Shown here piece after piece: positions 31,276-32,000 of a stretch of 32,000 nucleotides of DNA. The stretch is from assembly GCF_023585745.1 (NCBI RefSeq), contig NZ_CP097762.1, forward strand, positions 420,001 to 452,000, given 5' to 3'. Position 1 is the stretch's first letter; every line of letters starts with the position of its first letter. Origin of the DNA: Candidatus Saccharimonadota bacterium (GTDB lineage Bacteria; Pseudomonadota; Gammaproteobacteria; Enterobacterales; Enterobacteriaceae). Under the pieces are notes generated by a model, which was not told the DNA's origin, made no database searches, and saw nothing but the letters and a program-made list of their open reading frames with translations. The position numbers and the translations under genes are program-made.

Positions 31276-31939
31276 ATTGTCACACCTTAATAAAACATAA
31301 ACAATCCAGTTGGATGCTCATTAAAATATGCGTAATGAATATCTAAAACATAAAAAATATTGACTAAAATATTTTCATTAGCACCTAATAAATTCCATGG
31401 GCTGATATATATATTGTATTGTGCCTACACAATAATTTTGCTATTCACAAAACTAATTGTAGTTTTAGAATTAGACCAAGAGTTATAAGAGAGTGTATCA
31501 AATTACATCCAAAGAACATCAAATTATTTTTAATATTAATAAAATTAGAACAAAAGTGCGATTTATCAATGCACCTATGATACCTATTATCATATAATTA
31601 AATCAGATGACATATAATATCTAGAAATCCACAGTTCTTATCTTATACAAAACACAAATATTTTTTCAAATGAAAGAATAAAAAAATACTTAAAAAATAA
31701 AATCAACTGTACAAGTTGGTACACACATCAACTATAATAATATATTTAAAAAATGCACAACAACGTTCTGGAATCCTGTCAACATTACTTCAAAAAACTT
31801 AGAAAAATAATTCAATCATATTAATGACTTAACAATCAGTTATATTTAAAATTTATAATAATTAAAATGAACAGTCCACTACTATATCTATATATAAAAA
31901 TACTCATGCACATAAAATAAGTCGCAATTACCTATTTAT

Positions 31940-32000
31940 TACCCGGGACGAGACTTGAACTCGTATAGCAAAAAGCTGAGGGATTTTAAGTCCCTTGTGT
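31940..32000 (-). tRNA. leuZ: tRNA-Leu (anticodon UAA), 3' two-thirds only; the 5' part lies beyond the right edge
   Basis: The minus strand reads ACACAAGGGACTTAAAATCCCTCAGCTTTTTGCTATACGAGTTCAAGTCTCGTCCCGGGTA. Anticodon stem AGGGA/TCCCT, loop CTTAAAA (anticodon TAA at 31988..31986), long variable arm (type II), T-arm ACGAG-TTCAAGT-CTCGT, acceptor 3' strand CCCGGGT, discriminator A at 31940. Near-identical layout to E. coli leuZ (..ACACAAGGGATTTAAAATCCCTCGGCG...GGGTTCAAGTCCCGCTCCGGGTACCA). No CCA is encoded. Confidence 0.9.

Noticed and set aside
31290-31424. Possible PagP-like (or other beta-barrel) pseudogene fragment (QYNIYIS...HYAYFNEHP compared with PagP HYDLYIP...YNERPW)
   Set aside because: The two short matches have the wrong spacing relative to PagP and the rest does not align. 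The fragment is kept only as an unassigned possible gene remnant in the findings.

Overview
By eye this window is at least three-quarters A+T, and the spacers are almost pure A/T. It is gammaproteobacterial DNA with the hallmarks of an obligate, genome-reduced insect endosymbiont of Enterobacterales ancestry (Wigglesworthia/Blochmannia/Arsenophonus-like); the exact taxon cannot be decided without a database search. I can support 27 protein genes and one partial tRNA. Two of the genes are absent from the ORF track: a 5'-partial ftsK at the left edge and the 56-codon rpmF. Positions 8.2-30.5 kb are a compacted, collinear copy of the E. coli K-12 block mnmA-purB...lolCDE...lpoB-hinT...ycfH-holB-tmk-pabC-acpP-fabGDH-plsX-rpmF...rluC/rne...lpxL (order from memory). 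Short ORF-free A/T spacers sit where E. coli carries hflD, mltG(yceG), fabF, yceD, maf, ptsG, the flg cluster and others. ftsK/trxB/infA at the left follow E. coli order, with lrp, cydDC and aat missing. No IS elements, prophage, CRISPR array or rRNA were seen. The only part that is neither housekeeping nor syntenic is 2.7-6.1 kb. There, a full-length OprC/NosA-type TonB-dependent copper receptor with its CxxxM...HxM metal site intact is divergently paired with a small ToxR/CadC-like membrane-anchored winged-helix regulator. That regulator's 61-aa extracytoplasmic tail carries 7 Cys and 7 His. This is my best candidate for an undescribed system (a one-component metal/redox sensor plus importer), and the functional link is inference only. 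Secondary points: (1) RNase E keeps an open ~360-codon N/K/Y-rich C-terminal tail with two possible conserved microdomains; (2) fabF is missing from the fab cluster; (3) a 1.4-kb ORF-free tract contains a G/C-containing perfect 15-bp hairpin; (4) there are several G/C-containing perfect palindromes in spacers; (5) the tRNA-Leu(UAA) has no encoded CCA.
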